From: Promethearchaeati archaeon | GTDB taxonomy: Archaea > Asgardarchaeota > Heimdallarchaeia > Heimdallarchaeales > Heimdallarchaeaceae | Length of the DNA: 64,000 bases | Direction: 5' to 3' | NCBI GenBank assembly: GCA_013166775.1 | Contig: JABLTJ010000007.1 | Coordinates: 64,001 to 128,000, forward strand | Shown: positions 1-10,253 of the stretch, in pieces | Numbering within the stretch: the first letter of the stretch is position 1 | Layout: every line of letters starts with the position of its first letter | Notes under the pieces: generated by a model | Databases searched by the model: none | What the model saw: the letters and a program-made list of their open reading frames with translations, nothing else | Told to the model about the DNA's origin: nothing | Program-made: the position numbers and the translations under genes

Positions 1-382
1 AGATTGAACCTCAACAAAGACGTGATTGCAATCTCCTATATAAATTATATCCTTGGTTTTAAATGTAAAGCAAAGTGTCGGGAGTCTAATGAGTATTTTT
101 AAACACGATTTTCTTACTCTTTATTATGAACCTAAAACCAAAAGAATATCTGTTTAGCAGATAAACTGCAAAAAAATAAAACCAATCCGAATCTGAAAAT
201 TCAGCTTATGTCACTTACCACCTTCTTGTAAGATACATCCCTATTTTCTTGTGAATTTAGAATCTTCTACCCACCTTATTAATTGGACGAGCTTCCTATA
301 AAATCACCTTCAAGCAATATTAGTTCAATGAAAAATCATTTATTTACTTATATTTTTAAAGACACGCAGAGAGAGTATCCTA

Positions 383-1621
383 ATGAGTAAAACACTACAG
401 CATGAAAAATTGATTGCATATTCAATTATGCTAGTGTTTTTAGTGTTAACTATAGTTCTACCATTTACATTAACAAGAGATACATCAGGTTATATTCTAA
501 TAGAATCCGATAAGGACTTCAAGAAATATAAGCTACCAGGTAATGGAAGTTCTGAAAATCCTTACATAATTGAAAACGTAAATGTAGTTGATTCGATGAA
601 ACGAGGAATTTCAATAGAAAACACTACAAAGCATTTTATTATTCAGAATTGTTACTTAGATGGAAATTTCTTTAATGGTATTCGTATAGCAAATATAGCT
701 GAAGGAACAGCAAAAATTTTCAATAACACTTGTGTCAGTCATTCTATAGAGGGGATCATTGTATTATCAAGTGATTCAACTGAAATTTCAAACAATACAT
801 GTTATAATAACAAGATAGGAATTGGACTATATGATTCAAATAATAGTACAATAAAGCATAATTATGTTTACAGGTATTTACTAGCTGATGATAGAGAGGG
901 TCATTCTGATCGTGGTATAGTTGTTTCAAACTCAAAATATGTTAGTATTACAGGTAATAGAATAAAGAAAACATCAGGAGGGATGGAAATTGAATTCAGT
1001 GAAAATTGTTTTGTCTCAAATAATATTGTACAAACATCTTATCAATTTAGTATTGGTTTAGTTAATAGTTTCAATTGTCAAATAGTAAATTCAGAGTTCA
1101 AATCTAGTATTAGAATTGGAGTTTCTCTCTTTGATTCTAATGAAAATAGCATTCAAGACTGTTTAATAAAAAATAGTGAAAGAGGAATCAGATTATACAA
1201 CGCTACTAACAATATAATTGAATCAAACCAATTAGAAATAAATTTTCAAGGGATTAGTCTTTATTCAGAAAGTAATAGTAATCTGATTATTTATAACGTA
1301 TTTAGTAATAGCTCAAATGAAGGAATTGAAATAGATGATGGGAGCTTCAACAAAATACATCACAATTCCTTCTATGAAAATAACAAAGGAGAAATATCAC
1401 AAGCTAGTGATAATGGATATGATAATAGATGGTACGATGATGTTTCTTCTGAAGGTAATTTTTGGTATGGATGGAATGCTTCATTCCCATATGAAATTCT
1501 TGGAAATGCTAACAGTACCGATCCTTTCCCGCTAAACGATCCTGCTACACTACCAAGCCTTTTTCCTAAGAATAGTATAAGAATTCTGATTCTTTATTGG
1601 AAAAGAAACAACATGAAATAA
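383..1621 (+). CDS. NosD-like right-handed parallel beta-helix surface protein
   Basis: N-terminal TM/signal; GxGSxxNPYIIEN lead-in; repeated GI-x-L/N-x-I-x-NN beta-helix units; GNFW...DPFPL C-terminal motif. Confidence 0.85.
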   Translation: MSKTLQHEKLIAYSIMLVFLVLTIVLPFTLTRDTSGYILIESDKDFKKYKLPGNGSSENPYIIENVNVVDSMKRGISIENTTKHFIIQNCYLDGNFFNGIRIANIAEGTAKIFNNTCVSHSIEGIIVLSSDSTEISNNTCYNNKIGIGLYDSNNSTIKHNYVYRYLLADDREGHSDRGIVVSNSKYVSITGNRIKKTSGGMEIEFSENCFVSNNIVQTSYQFSIGLVNSFNCQIVNSEFKSSIRIGVSLFDSNENSIQDCLIKNSERGIRLYNATNNIIESNQLEINFQGISLYSESNSNLIIYNVFSNSSNEGIEIDDGSFNKIHHNSFYENNKGEISQASDNGYDNRWYDDVSSEGNFWYGWNASFPYEILGNANSTDPFPLNDPATLPSLFPKNSIRILILYWKRNNMK

Positions 1622-1673
1622 ATGAAATTTCTAAGCCAATAATGTTATTAATCCGAAATTCTTTGTATTTTTT

Positions 1674-2024
1674 ATGACAATTCAAGAACAGTATCAGAAA
1701 TTTCAGAAACTAGAAGAAGAATTGAAAGCAGGGAGATTGAAAACCGGAGATAGACATTATCAGCAATTTGCGATAGAACTCTTCGAACAAACAGACTGTA
1801 AATCCCTAACTATTGAAGATTCTATTAAAGCTGTTGAAATATTAAATACTCTTAATATCAAGCTTCATCAAGAGCAAATGGAAATCGGTGAAGGAAGTTG
1901 GTTATCATCTTGTGCAAAATACAAAACAATCAGTAATATTGAATTATTGATTTTCGTCTTATATCCTCTTGGAACTGAAAAATTTACAGAAGAACCTAAA
2001 GTTTGTGTAGTTGAAATTCCTTAG
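1674..2024 (+). CDS. hypothetical protein
   Basis: 116 aa ORF filling the gap between two genes; no recognisable motif. Confidence 0.5.
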   Translation: MTIQEQYQKFQKLEEELKAGRLKTGDRHYQQFAIELFEQTDCKSLTIEDSIKAVEILNTLNIKLHQEQMEIGEGSWLSSCAKYKTISNIELLIFVLYPLGTEKFTEEPKVCVVEIP

Positions 2025-2105
2025 CAAAATTACGAAAACTCTTCTCTGTTTTTCTTTCTACATAAAATTATTATATAAATTAAAAATGTTTAATCCAAAC
2101 AATAG

Positions 2106-2918
2106 ATGGTTTTAGATATGGATTCTAAATTGAAAGAACGAAAAGATATTTTTGAAATTATACACGATAGAAGATCAATTAGGAGATTTTCGGAAAAAGA
2201 AGTATCTAATGAAGTACTTGAGAAAATTCTAAAAGCAGGTTTTAGAGCTCCGTTTGCAGCTCAACTGTGTAGTGTTGTATATACACGGGATTCAGAAAAG
2301 TTGAAACAATTCAAAGGAGTAGGTCTTTATCCCTCAACTCAGGTTTTCATGATATTTTTTATAGATTTTCTCAGAATGGAAAAAATTATGTCTCAAAGAG
2401 GACACACGTATGATTTTGATGACGGGATGACTTTGTGGCTAGGGATACAAGATGTTACACTTGCAATAGAAAACGTCATACTAGCATCTGAATCTTTAGG
2501 TTTGGGTTCAGTTCTCCTTGGTGTTATCCCTCTAAAAGCAGAATTAATATCGGAAATATTTAACGTCCCAAAGAGAGTTTTTCCTGTAGTTGGCTTGTGT
2601 CTAGGCTATCCAGATCAATCTGTTGAAACAGCTATCAGACCACGATTTCCCTTAGTTCATAACGCATTTGAAGATTCATACAAAGATCTTTCTGAAGCTG
2701 ATGTCAAGGAATGTATGAGAGAGATGGATGAAGGTTATTTAACGCAAGGTTACTATATCAAGCAGAGAATAAAAATACCTCTAAAAGAAGGCAAAGATGA
2801 GATTGATTATGATAAGTATTCTTGGTCAGAACATATATCTCGAAAATTTTCCCAAAGGAGATGGAGTGGCGACACTTTATTTTCTATAATCAAAAAACAT
2901 GGTTTCAACATTGAATAA
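2106..2918 (+). CDS. nitroreductase / NADPH-flavin reductase (NfsA-like)
   Basis: RRSIRRF FMN-binding motif, RAP, ESLGLGSV, LCLGYP, RPR. Confidence 0.9.
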   Translation: MVLDMDSKLKERKDIFEIIHDRRSIRRFSEKEVSNEVLEKILKAGFRAPFAAQLCSVVYTRDSEKLKQFKGVGLYPSTQVFMIFFIDFLRMEKIMSQRGHTYDFDDGMTLWLGIQDVTLAIENVILASESLGLGSVLLGVIPLKAELISEIFNVPKRVFPVVGLCLGYPDQSVETAIRPRFPLVHNAFEDSYKDLSEADVKECMREMDEGYLTQGYYIKQRIKIPLKEGKDEIDYDKYSWSEHISRKFSQRRWSGDTLFSIIKKHGFNIE

Positions 2919-2921
2919 AAG

Positions 2922-2948
2922 AATCCTCTTAGTAAGTTTCAGAGGATT
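2922..2948. terminator. hairpin between convergent genes, possible bidirectional terminator
   Basis: AATCCTCT-N11-AGAGGATT inverted repeat in the short gap between two stop codons. Confidence 0.5.
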
Positions 2949-4127
2949 TTATTCCTCTTCTTTTTCTACAGGTAGTCTTGAAATCAGAATATTCCAGTTT
3001 TGCATTAAATGTAATTCTTGAAGCATTTCATCGGTTAGGAACCGTTTCCTATCTTTAAAACCAAGATTAATAGCAGTGTTCAAATGCTTGAAGGCATTAT
3101 CGTTTTTCCCCAATGCTGCCCAAAGAGTTCCTAGTCTAAAGTGTATACTTGCAGGAGAGATTTTATTAGCAGATATTAAATCTGAATCCTTTAGAGCTTC
3201 TCGTTCTTCCTGGATAAAGTGTAAAGCTTGTTCATAGAAATTAATGGATTTTTCAAAATTCTTCCTTGTTAATTCTATATATCCATTGTATAATTTATTA
3301 TCTAGTTGATTTATGTATAATTCAAAGACATTGTAATCTCTAACTAACTTATATCCTACTTTTTCTGAAACTTTCCATGATGGTAGGTTGTCACTTGCAC
3401 AGTGCCATCCAACATCTCGAAAATTTGTTAATGCAAATTCTGCAGAAGCTGAGACAGCTAAAGTTGCGAGTCCTTTCTTTTGATATTCCTTTTTTGTAGC
3501 AACTGCACATTCAATTTTCTTATCTTTTGTTAGATATTCAAACGTACTCCAACAGACTATTTCTCTTTCATCTTTAAGAACACAAAATCCTCCTCCTGTT
3601 TGAAGAAAATCTTTATATGAATCCCATACTCCTTCTATTTCCTCAGTCAACCAGCCAATATTTATTAAGGATTCTTTTGTAAGCAAAGACTCATCGATTT
3701 GAACAACTGTAAATCCTTCTGGAATTAACTCTCGCCAGTTAGGGATAGCAAGTTTTTGAATAGAGTAATATTTTCGAGTAAGAGAAATTGGATCTTGAAA
3801 TTTTGATTCCAAAACCTTCTTCCACTCATCACTAGGCCAATAGAATCTAAAGAATTTTGCATCAGATTTATTTTTCACTATTTTTGGATACTCGATTTCT
3901 AAATAGTGCTTAACTGCATCGATAAAATCTGATATTACATTGAAACCTCCAAAAAAAACTCTCCATTGTGATATTATTACTGCATTCTTGGGATAGTTAA
4001 GATTATCTACGAAAACTTCACTTGTAATTATGCCATCTAAAATACTGAAAATCTGATTATTGTACTCTAGTTCAATAAATAAATCGCGTATTTTGTGAAA
4101 ATCTAAGTTTCTTAATTTGTAAAGCAT
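2949..4127 (-). CDS. GNAT acetyltransferase with C-terminal TPR
   Basis: VATKKEYQKKGLA acetyl-CoA motif, WHCASDNLPS..VSEKVGY; C-terminal helical TPR ending AFKHLNTAINLGF. Confidence 0.85.
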   Translation of the reverse strand: MLYKLRNLDFHKIRDLFIELEYNNQIFSILDGIITSEVFVDNLNYPKNAVIISQWRVFFGGFNVISDFIDAVKHYLEIEYPKIVKNKSDAKFFRFYWPSDEWKKVLESKFQDPISLTRKYYSIQKLAIPNWRELIPEGFTVVQIDESLLTKESLINIGWLTEEIEGVWDSYKDFLQTGGGFCVLKDEREIVCWSTFEYLTKDKKIECAVATKKEYQKKGLATLAVSASAEFALTNFRDVGWHCASDNLPSWKVSEKVGYKLVRDYNVFELYINQLDNKLYNGYIELTRKNFEKSINFYEQALHFIQEEREALKDSDLISANKISPASIHFRLGTLWAALGKNDNAFKHLNTAINLGFKDRKRFLTDEMLQELHLMQNWNILISRLPVEKEEE

Positions 4128-4209
4128 TTGAATTTTATCACTTATTGGTATGGCAGAACCCTCTATTTATAAGTCTTTTAGTACACAAAAAAAGAAAAAA
4201 AATAGATGT

Positions 4210-4800
4210 CTATCTCTTCTTTCTATTTCGGAGTAAAACTATAGTTACTGTTGAAATGATAATTCCAAAAATTGCTACTTCAAAATTGAACGGAATAGGT
4301 AGTTCTTCTAGAGATTTTACTTCTGTATTAGACAGCAATCCTATCAATTTAACATAAGAAACAATCCCTTCATCATTAACTACAGAGATAAAATATGCTT
4401 CTTTCTTTTTTACATGGTCTTCTGATTCAATATGTTCTTTAAGTTCACTTGTATAATATTTAATCTCAGGATTACGAATTTCATAGTCTTCAAAATAAAA
4501 ATTAATAATAAGAGCTACATCATTTGTATCTGCTAATTTTGAACCTCCACCTCCTGGTGATCAACATTGTTGAACATCACAGAAAAAGCAAGTTATAATA
4601 ACTGTAGGACCAAAACCATTTTCAGTAAAACTATAATATGGACTTGAAGAAGGAATTAAACTTCCAGCTTCTATACTAATTGAATTGTGACGCTTATAGG
4701 TTAAATTGAATAATCTTCAAATTCGTTAGCAGTATTTACCTCAAAATCTTCAGCTGATGCATTCATGTATGTAGTATAATTTAAATCAGTTAAACAAATA
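4210..4800 (-). pseudogene. decayed membrane-anchored surface protein
   Basis: My translation shows a frameshift near 4712 and an in-frame TGA at 4563-4561, then an open frame ending PIPFNFEVAIFGIIISTVTIVLLRNRKKR*; no 5' signal peptide. Confidence 0.65.
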
Positions 4801-4806
4801 TTTAGA

Positions 4807-5721
4807 TTAAGAATCAGAGATAGTGAAAAATTCCAATCTATCTATGTTAATCAGTGCTTTTTGTGATAATTTACGGATAGCAGATAAAAAGAAATTCAAA
4901 TCTATATGCATTTTCATCTGTTCATATATGTCCAGAATACTGTCAGTTTCATTATTAAAACAATTAGTTAAAATATTACTGTAATCTGTGTATTCACTCG
5001 GATCTAGATTCTTAAACAAATCCTTCCTCTGTTCTTTGAAAACAGCTATAGCTCTTTGATTGGTATGAGGAAGAGATATCGGCGATCTTATTAGTATCTC
5101 TAGTTCAGAAATTTCTTTATCAGTTGGATAATTGTATATCCTTTCATCTAGAAAGACTAGAATATATGGTAGAATGTTATCATCAAATTGAGCAACAGAT
5201 TCTAATATGTTAGCTAAAACTTGATACCAATCAGAAGCATTCTCTCTTACGATTTCATCTGTTAATATCGAGCTGATCTTAATAAATCCTAATTGTGAAG
5301 AAGCTCGAACATGTTCGAAGTTTCTTGTTCTTATTAATTTCACTCCATATTTTAATTGTCTGAGTCCATCATTTATCTCTAATTCACGAATATATTTGGC
5401 TTTGAAATGTTCAACAAGAGGTATCTCTTTTGTAGTGATATCTAATTTTTCTGGTTTAGGAATAGAAAACAGTTCTTCTTTTTTATCTATAGTTTGATTA
5501 TCGGATCCGACATGTACTTGTGATCTAACAACATAAAAGCTGTCTATGAAAAGAATATTTGCTGTAAGGTTGGATTCACGACATTGATGAACATCAACTA
5601 ATTCGCATAATCCTCTGGAATCCACTGTAACCTTGACAGAGGATGGAACGAAGACCTTCCTCTTTTTGTTACATTGATTACATTGGTATGAAATACTAGC
5701 TTTATCAGGAAAGTCAACCAA
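4807..5721 (-). CDS. hypothetical protein with N-terminal Zn-binding domain (CxxC...HxC)
   Basis: CNQC...GLCELVDVHQC; C-terminus resembles a winged helix; GAGG RBS before the TTG start. Confidence 0.7.
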   Translation of the reverse strand: MVDFPDKASISYQCNQCNKKRKVFVPSSVKVTVDSRGLCELVDVHQCRESNLTANILFIDSFYVVRSQVHVGSDNQTIDKKEELFSIPKPEKLDITTKEIPLVEHFKAKYIRELEINDGLRQLKYGVKLIRTRNFEHVRASSQLGFIKISSILTDEIVRENASDWYQVLANILESVAQFDDNILPYILVFLDERIYNYPTDKEISELEILIRSPISLPHTNQRAIAVFKEQRKDLFKNLDPSEYTDYSNILTNCFNNETDSILDIYEQMKMHIDLNFFLSAIRKLSQKALINIDRLEFFTISDS

Positions 5722-5850
5722 TTTTAGACCTCAATACACCGGACAAATAGAAATAAGACTCAAATCCTTTAATTTCTTTCTTTAGTACTAGGAAAAAAAA
5801 CCTTATAAGACTCCAATCGATGTTGCCTATTTATTGAAAGAGGGTAAAGA

Positions 5851-6903
5851 ATGAGCGAATTAAGAATCATTATTGGAGAAAAAGAAGAGATATCAGAACA
5901 ATATCTCGCTCAATTATTCGCTTTAAGGCAACAACATGAAGAAGAAATATTTCCCTTTATACCTCCCTCTCTTGAATTTTATAAAGAATCTTGGAAAATT
6001 CCTGATATTTCAAGTAGGAAAAGCTTGTGGTCTTTAGCAATAAATGAGGATAATCTTGTTATAGGTTATGGTATCGCTTCCTGGAACATCAAATTCGATA
6101 ATCTAGACAAAGCATATTTCTCTATCTATGTCTCTAGACTCTTTAGAAGGAAAGGTTATGGTTCTCTCCTTCTAAAAAATATCTTGGAAAAACTTCCCTC
6201 ACAAATAGAAAAATTGAACTCAGGAAGTTCAGAGAACTGTGATGGCTTACCGTTTCTACGAAATTTAAAGACTGAAGAAAGCTATGTCGAAATGATTAGC
6301 ATTGCAGATTTAGCTGATTTTAATCTGAATCAAATAATAAATCAAGCACAAGAACAGAAGGAGAAAGCTTTAGCTAAAGGCTATGAGATCATTTTTGTTG
6401 ACAATGCAAATTATGCAGATTATCTTGATTATCCAGAATTCGTTAAAGTGGTTGAAAGTATATGGAATGATATGCCAAGAGAGAATCTTTCTGATGAGGA
6501 TTCCAAGGTTACAGTAGAACTTCACCAAGAGATCTATGATTATTACAAACTTAGAGGAGCAAAGTATTTTACATATGTTGCTATGCACAAACAAACCAAA
6601 AAAATCGTTGGGTTTACTACTGCAGCTGTTTATAAATATCAGCCTTGGGTTACATGGCAGGATGATACAGGAATAATACATGAACATAGAGGACATGGAT
6701 TAGGTCTAGCAATTAAATATCAAATGCTTAAGAAATTATTACAAGAAACGAAAGTAAAATATTGGTTTACGGGGAATAATCATAAGAATGAGCATATGAT
6801 CAAAATAAACAGAATTCTTAAACACAAAAAAAGGGATTCTGAAATTATTTTCGAATTTGATAGAAAATTAGTTTCCAATCATTTAGCTAAAAAAACTAGT
6901 TAA
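5851..6903 (+). CDS. tandem-domain GNAT acetyltransferase
   Basis: Two acetyl-CoA motifs: FRRKGYG and HRGHGLG...TGN...NEHMIKIN. Confidence 0.85.
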   Translation: MSELRIIIGEKEEISEQYLAQLFALRQQHEEEIFPFIPPSLEFYKESWKIPDISSRKSLWSLAINEDNLVIGYGIASWNIKFDNLDKAYFSIYVSRLFRRKGYGSLLLKNILEKLPSQIEKLNSGSSENCDGLPFLRNLKTEESYVEMISIADLADFNLNQIINQAQEQKEKALAKGYEIIFVDNANYADYLDYPEFVKVVESIWNDMPRENLSDEDSKVTVELHQEIYDYYKLRGAKYFTYVAMHKQTKKIVGFTTAAVYKYQPWVTWQDDTGIIHEHRGHGLGLAIKYQMLKKLLQETKVKYWFTGNNHKNEHMIKINRILKHKKRDSEIIFEFDRKLVSNHLAKKTS

Positions 6904-6913
6904 ATTGAGCTAA

Positions 6914-7027
6914 ACAACAAAGGATCCTGGAAATGGAGATGAGAAACCTACTCTAACATCATTTGCAGTTTTTCTAATACCATTGTCAATAGTAACTTTA
7001 GTTATGATATATCAAAAGAGAAAGTAA
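6914..7027 (+). pseudogene. orphan C-terminal membrane-anchor remnant
   Basis: Start-less frame TTKDPGNGDEKPTLTSFAVFLIPLSIVTLVMIYQKRK* (linker, TM, basic tail) followed by a T-rich tract. Confidence 0.55.
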
Positions 7028-7125
7028 ACTCTTCTTCCTTTTTTGTTTTTGTTCTAAACGATTGAGTTTTAAGTATAAAGTAAGAATAAATTTATTATAA
7101 TATACAACTTAAGAATAGTGATTCA

Positions 7126-8814
7126 ATGTCCAAGAAAGTAGTAATCATTGGAGGTGTAGCTGGAGGAGCTACAGCTGCTGTGAGATTAAGAAGATTAGAT
7201 GAATTTGCAGAGATTATTGTTCTAGAGAGAGGAGATTATGTATCATTTGCTAATTGTGGACTACCTTACTATGTTGGAGGAGTAATCAAGGAAAAAGAAA
7301 GATTACAACTTGTGACTCCAGATACATTTCTTAGAAGGTTCAATATAGATATAAGATTGAACAATGAAGCAATTGCAATAGATAGAGAAAAGAAATCAAT
7401 TCTAGTTAAAGATAGAAAAGAAAATAAAGACTACAATCTAGACTTTGATTACTTAATCCTAGCTCCTGGGGCTGAACCAATTCGTCCACCTTTCAAGGGT
7501 ATAGAAGAAGTTTCAGTATTCTCTCTTAGAACTATTCCTGACACATATGATATTGATGAATTTATTACTCAAAATAATCCTGCACATGCAACAATAATTG
7601 GTGGAGGATTCATTGGATTAGAAATGGCAGAGAATCTAAAAAACAGAGGATTAGATGTAACAGTTGTAGAATTAGTTGATCAAGTTATGGTCACTTTGGA
7701 TAGGGAAATGGCTCAGTTTGTTCATCAAGAATTATATCTTAATGATACTGATTTAGTATTAGGTGATGGAGTGGATTCTTTTGCTAAAAACACTGAAGGT
7801 AAAACAATTGTTAGAACACAAAGTGGCAATGAAGTACTAACAGATATGGTTATACTTGCAATAGGTATCAAACCCGAATCCAAACTAGCTAAAGAATGTG
7901 GTTTGGAATTAGGACAAAGAGGGCATATTATTGTCAATAAAAATATGAAGACTTCAGATGACAGTATTTTTGCGGTTGGAGATGCAGTTCAAGTAATAGA
8001 TTTGATAACTGGTGATTCTGCAGTAGTTCCTTTAGCTGGACCTGCAAACAAGCAAGGAAGAATCGCAGCTGATAATATAGCTGGAAGAAAAAGTGAGTAC
8101 AATGGAGTACTAGGAGCAGCTGTTGTGAAGATTTTTGATATTGTTGTTGCTCAAGTTGGTTTAAATGAGAAGAGATTAAAAAATACGAATATAAAATATG
8201 AAAAAGTTTACACTTATCCAATAAATCATCCTAGTTATTATCCAAACAGAGAAAAATTAGCGCTTAAACTTCTTTTTGAAGTCCCTTCTGGAAAAATTTT
8301 AGGAGCTCAAGTAATTGGTGGCAAGGGAGCGGAAAAAAGAGTAGACATTATTTCAACAGTCATTTACTTTAGTGGAACAGTGTTCGATTTGGAACAACTT
8401 GAGATAACATATGCTCCACCATTTAACAATGCAAAAGCAGCTGTGAATGTCCTCGGCTATGTAGCCTCAAACATGCTGAAAGGTGATTTTGATTATTGGC
8501 ATTGGGATGAAGCTGGCAAGCTAGTAGAAAACAATGATTATCTTCTTGATATTAGAAGAGAAGATGAATATGTAAGAGGAACAATAGGTAATGCAATTCA
8601 AATGAATGATCTTGATCTAAGAACAAGAATTGATGAGATTCCAAAAGATAAAGATATATACATTTTCTGTGAAGAAGGATACAGAGCGTACATAGCACAG
8701 AGACATCTAACTCAAAGAGGATATAAAGTTAAGAATCTCGTTGGAGGTTATATCTTCTATAAAATGGCACAAGCTTCAAAAGAAGAACTACTGACAAGGA
8801 TTGCTTTTAACTAG
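7126..8814 (+). CDS. cdr: CoA-disulfide/persulfide reductase with C-terminal rhodanese domain
   Basis: GGVAGG FAD motif, SFANCGLPY redox Cys, GGGFIGLE NAD(P)H motif, YAPP, rhodanese FCEEGYR. Confidence 0.9.
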   Translation: MSKKVVIIGGVAGGATAAVRLRRLDEFAEIIVLERGDYVSFANCGLPYYVGGVIKEKERLQLVTPDTFLRRFNIDIRLNNEAIAIDREKKSILVKDRKENKDYNLDFDYLILAPGAEPIRPPFKGIEEVSVFSLRTIPDTYDIDEFITQNNPAHATIIGGGFIGLEMAENLKNRGLDVTVVELVDQVMVTLDREMAQFVHQELYLNDTDLVLGDGVDSFAKNTEGKTIVRTQSGNEVLTDMVILAIGIKPESKLAKECGLELGQRGHIIVNKNMKTSDDSIFAVGDAVQVIDLITGDSAVVPLAGPANKQGRIAADNIAGRKSEYNGVLGAAVVKIFDIVVAQVGLNEKRLKNTNIKYEKVYTYPINHPSYYPNREKLALKLLFEVPSGKILGAQVIGGKGAEKRVDIISTVIYFSGTVFDLEQLEITYAPPFNNAKAAVNVLGYVASNMLKGDFDYWHWDEAGKLVENNDYLLDIRREDEYVRGTIGNAIQMNDLDLRTRIDEIPKDKDIYIFCEEGYRAYIAQRHLTQRGYKVKNLVGGYIFYKMAQASKEELLTRIAFN

Positions 8815-8957
8815 AATCATGTGTTTATTCATTTTATCTTAGGAGAAATAATTTTGAAAAACTTCTTTGATTTTCTTGATGAAAAGATATAAATCTGGAT
8901 GTCTTTGAGTAAGATTTTTAAGATTTTATTATACAAATAAATCTGAAAGTGTATTAA

Positions 8958-10121
8958 ATGAAATTTAGAATTATTTGTATACTGTATTTAATCTTATTTT
9001 CAACTTATTCATTATCTCTTGTGGAATCAGAGAACAAGAAGAAATCAGTATCTACTGAACTAAATTTAATCTTTCAATCAGCAAGCAATATGAATAAGGA
9101 TGAAATTTTCGTTAGATTTAATAGATCTATATTAGAGGAAGATAGTACTTTTATTATAAACGAACCAATTGAATTTAGTATTGAAATTGATGTTGCTGAT
9201 GTGACGCTCATAAATGATACTGAACCCACTCAATTGGATAATTGGTTTTTTGATGAACCTGATCCACTAGGAGAGTTTTCTGAAACAAGAATTTTAGGAG
9301 CTTTCAATTTCTATTTAGATGATACAGATCTTGGTGTTTACCAAACAATCAATTATCATAATGGACCTATCATTTCTGATCAAGAAATAGACGTAGAAAT
9401 AGAGGAAGGATGGCATTGGATTACTATCTTCGCTGCTGAATATTGTTCAGATGAAACAAGGAATACGTTTTATTGGAAATATGCAAAAGATCAAACCCGT
9501 TTCTATGTAGCAGAAGAGATACCAGAAACACTTCCAGCAATTGAAACAGCAAATAATCTATGCAATGTAAAAGCTATACCAGTCAACCATAAGGATTTGA
9601 AAGTATATCAAGCTGATCCTTTCTCCTGGACATATGAAAAGATTCAACCTCGTATAGAAATATTGGATGAACAACCTACTGATTTTGAAAGAACAATTCT
9701 CCGTTCTAGAGATGATGCTTTTATTGAAGTAGTATTTAATTCAACAGACACAGATTTAGTTTTAGTAGATGATTCCGGGAGAGCAATGTACACAGATGTT
9801 ACTCATATGGGTCATAGCACTTGCTACTGGTGGGTAAATGACGGAGAACCAATTAATGAGCTTGAAGGGACTTTTAATATTAATAATGGGTACAATTTCA
9901 TAATTATTGTGGTAGCTGGATTTAGTACGTACTATGATTTTCAAAAGAGTGTATATATACCTATGGTTAAATTTGGAACTAAAACATTTGTTGTTATAAA
10001 TGAATTTCTTTTGACACCAATCAATTTCATATCTGTGATATTGTCAATAGTTGTTCTTGCTTCATTATGCTATCTAGTTAAAAGAAGAAGGAAGTATAAG
10101 ATTTCATTATTTTCTTTATAA
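8958..10121 (+). CDS. secreted acidic surface protein with C-terminal TM anchor
   Basis: Signal peptide, acidic beta-rich body, C-terminal TM followed by KRRRK. Confidence 0.75.
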   Translation: MKFRIICILYLILFSTYSLSLVESENKKKSVSTELNLIFQSASNMNKDEIFVRFNRSILEEDSTFIINEPIEFSIEIDVADVTLINDTEPTQLDNWFFDEPDPLGEFSETRILGAFNFYLDDTDLGVYQTINYHNGPIISDQEIDVEIEEGWHWITIFAAEYCSDETRNTFYWKYAKDQTRFYVAEEIPETLPAIETANNLCNVKAIPVNHKDLKVYQADPFSWTYEKIQPRIEILDEQPTDFERTILRSRDDAFIEVVFNSTDTDLVLVDDSGRAMYTDVTHMGHSTCYWWVNDGEPINELEGTFNINNGYNFIIIVVAGFSTYYDFQKSVYIPMVKFGTKTFVVINEFLLTPINFISVILSIVVLASLCYLVKRRRKYKISLFSL

Positions 10122-10253
10122 TAAGTATCCAATCCGTCTATATCTTGAACATATGATACGAATATAGAATCAATTTAACTTATTATGCGTAAAAAGAAAT
10201 TTTACAAATGTAGCTATCGATAAAGCTAAATTTGTTTAACATAATTATCTGTC

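Noticed and set aside
1-382. Possible gene remnant or ncRNA at the window start
   Set aside because: I could not identify a convincing frame, motif or stable structure.
4555-4590. CFFCDVQQC-TGA as a possible selenocysteine codon
   Set aside because: The same gene has an independent frameshift and no start, I saw no SECIS-like hairpin, and TGG-to-TGA decay is simpler.
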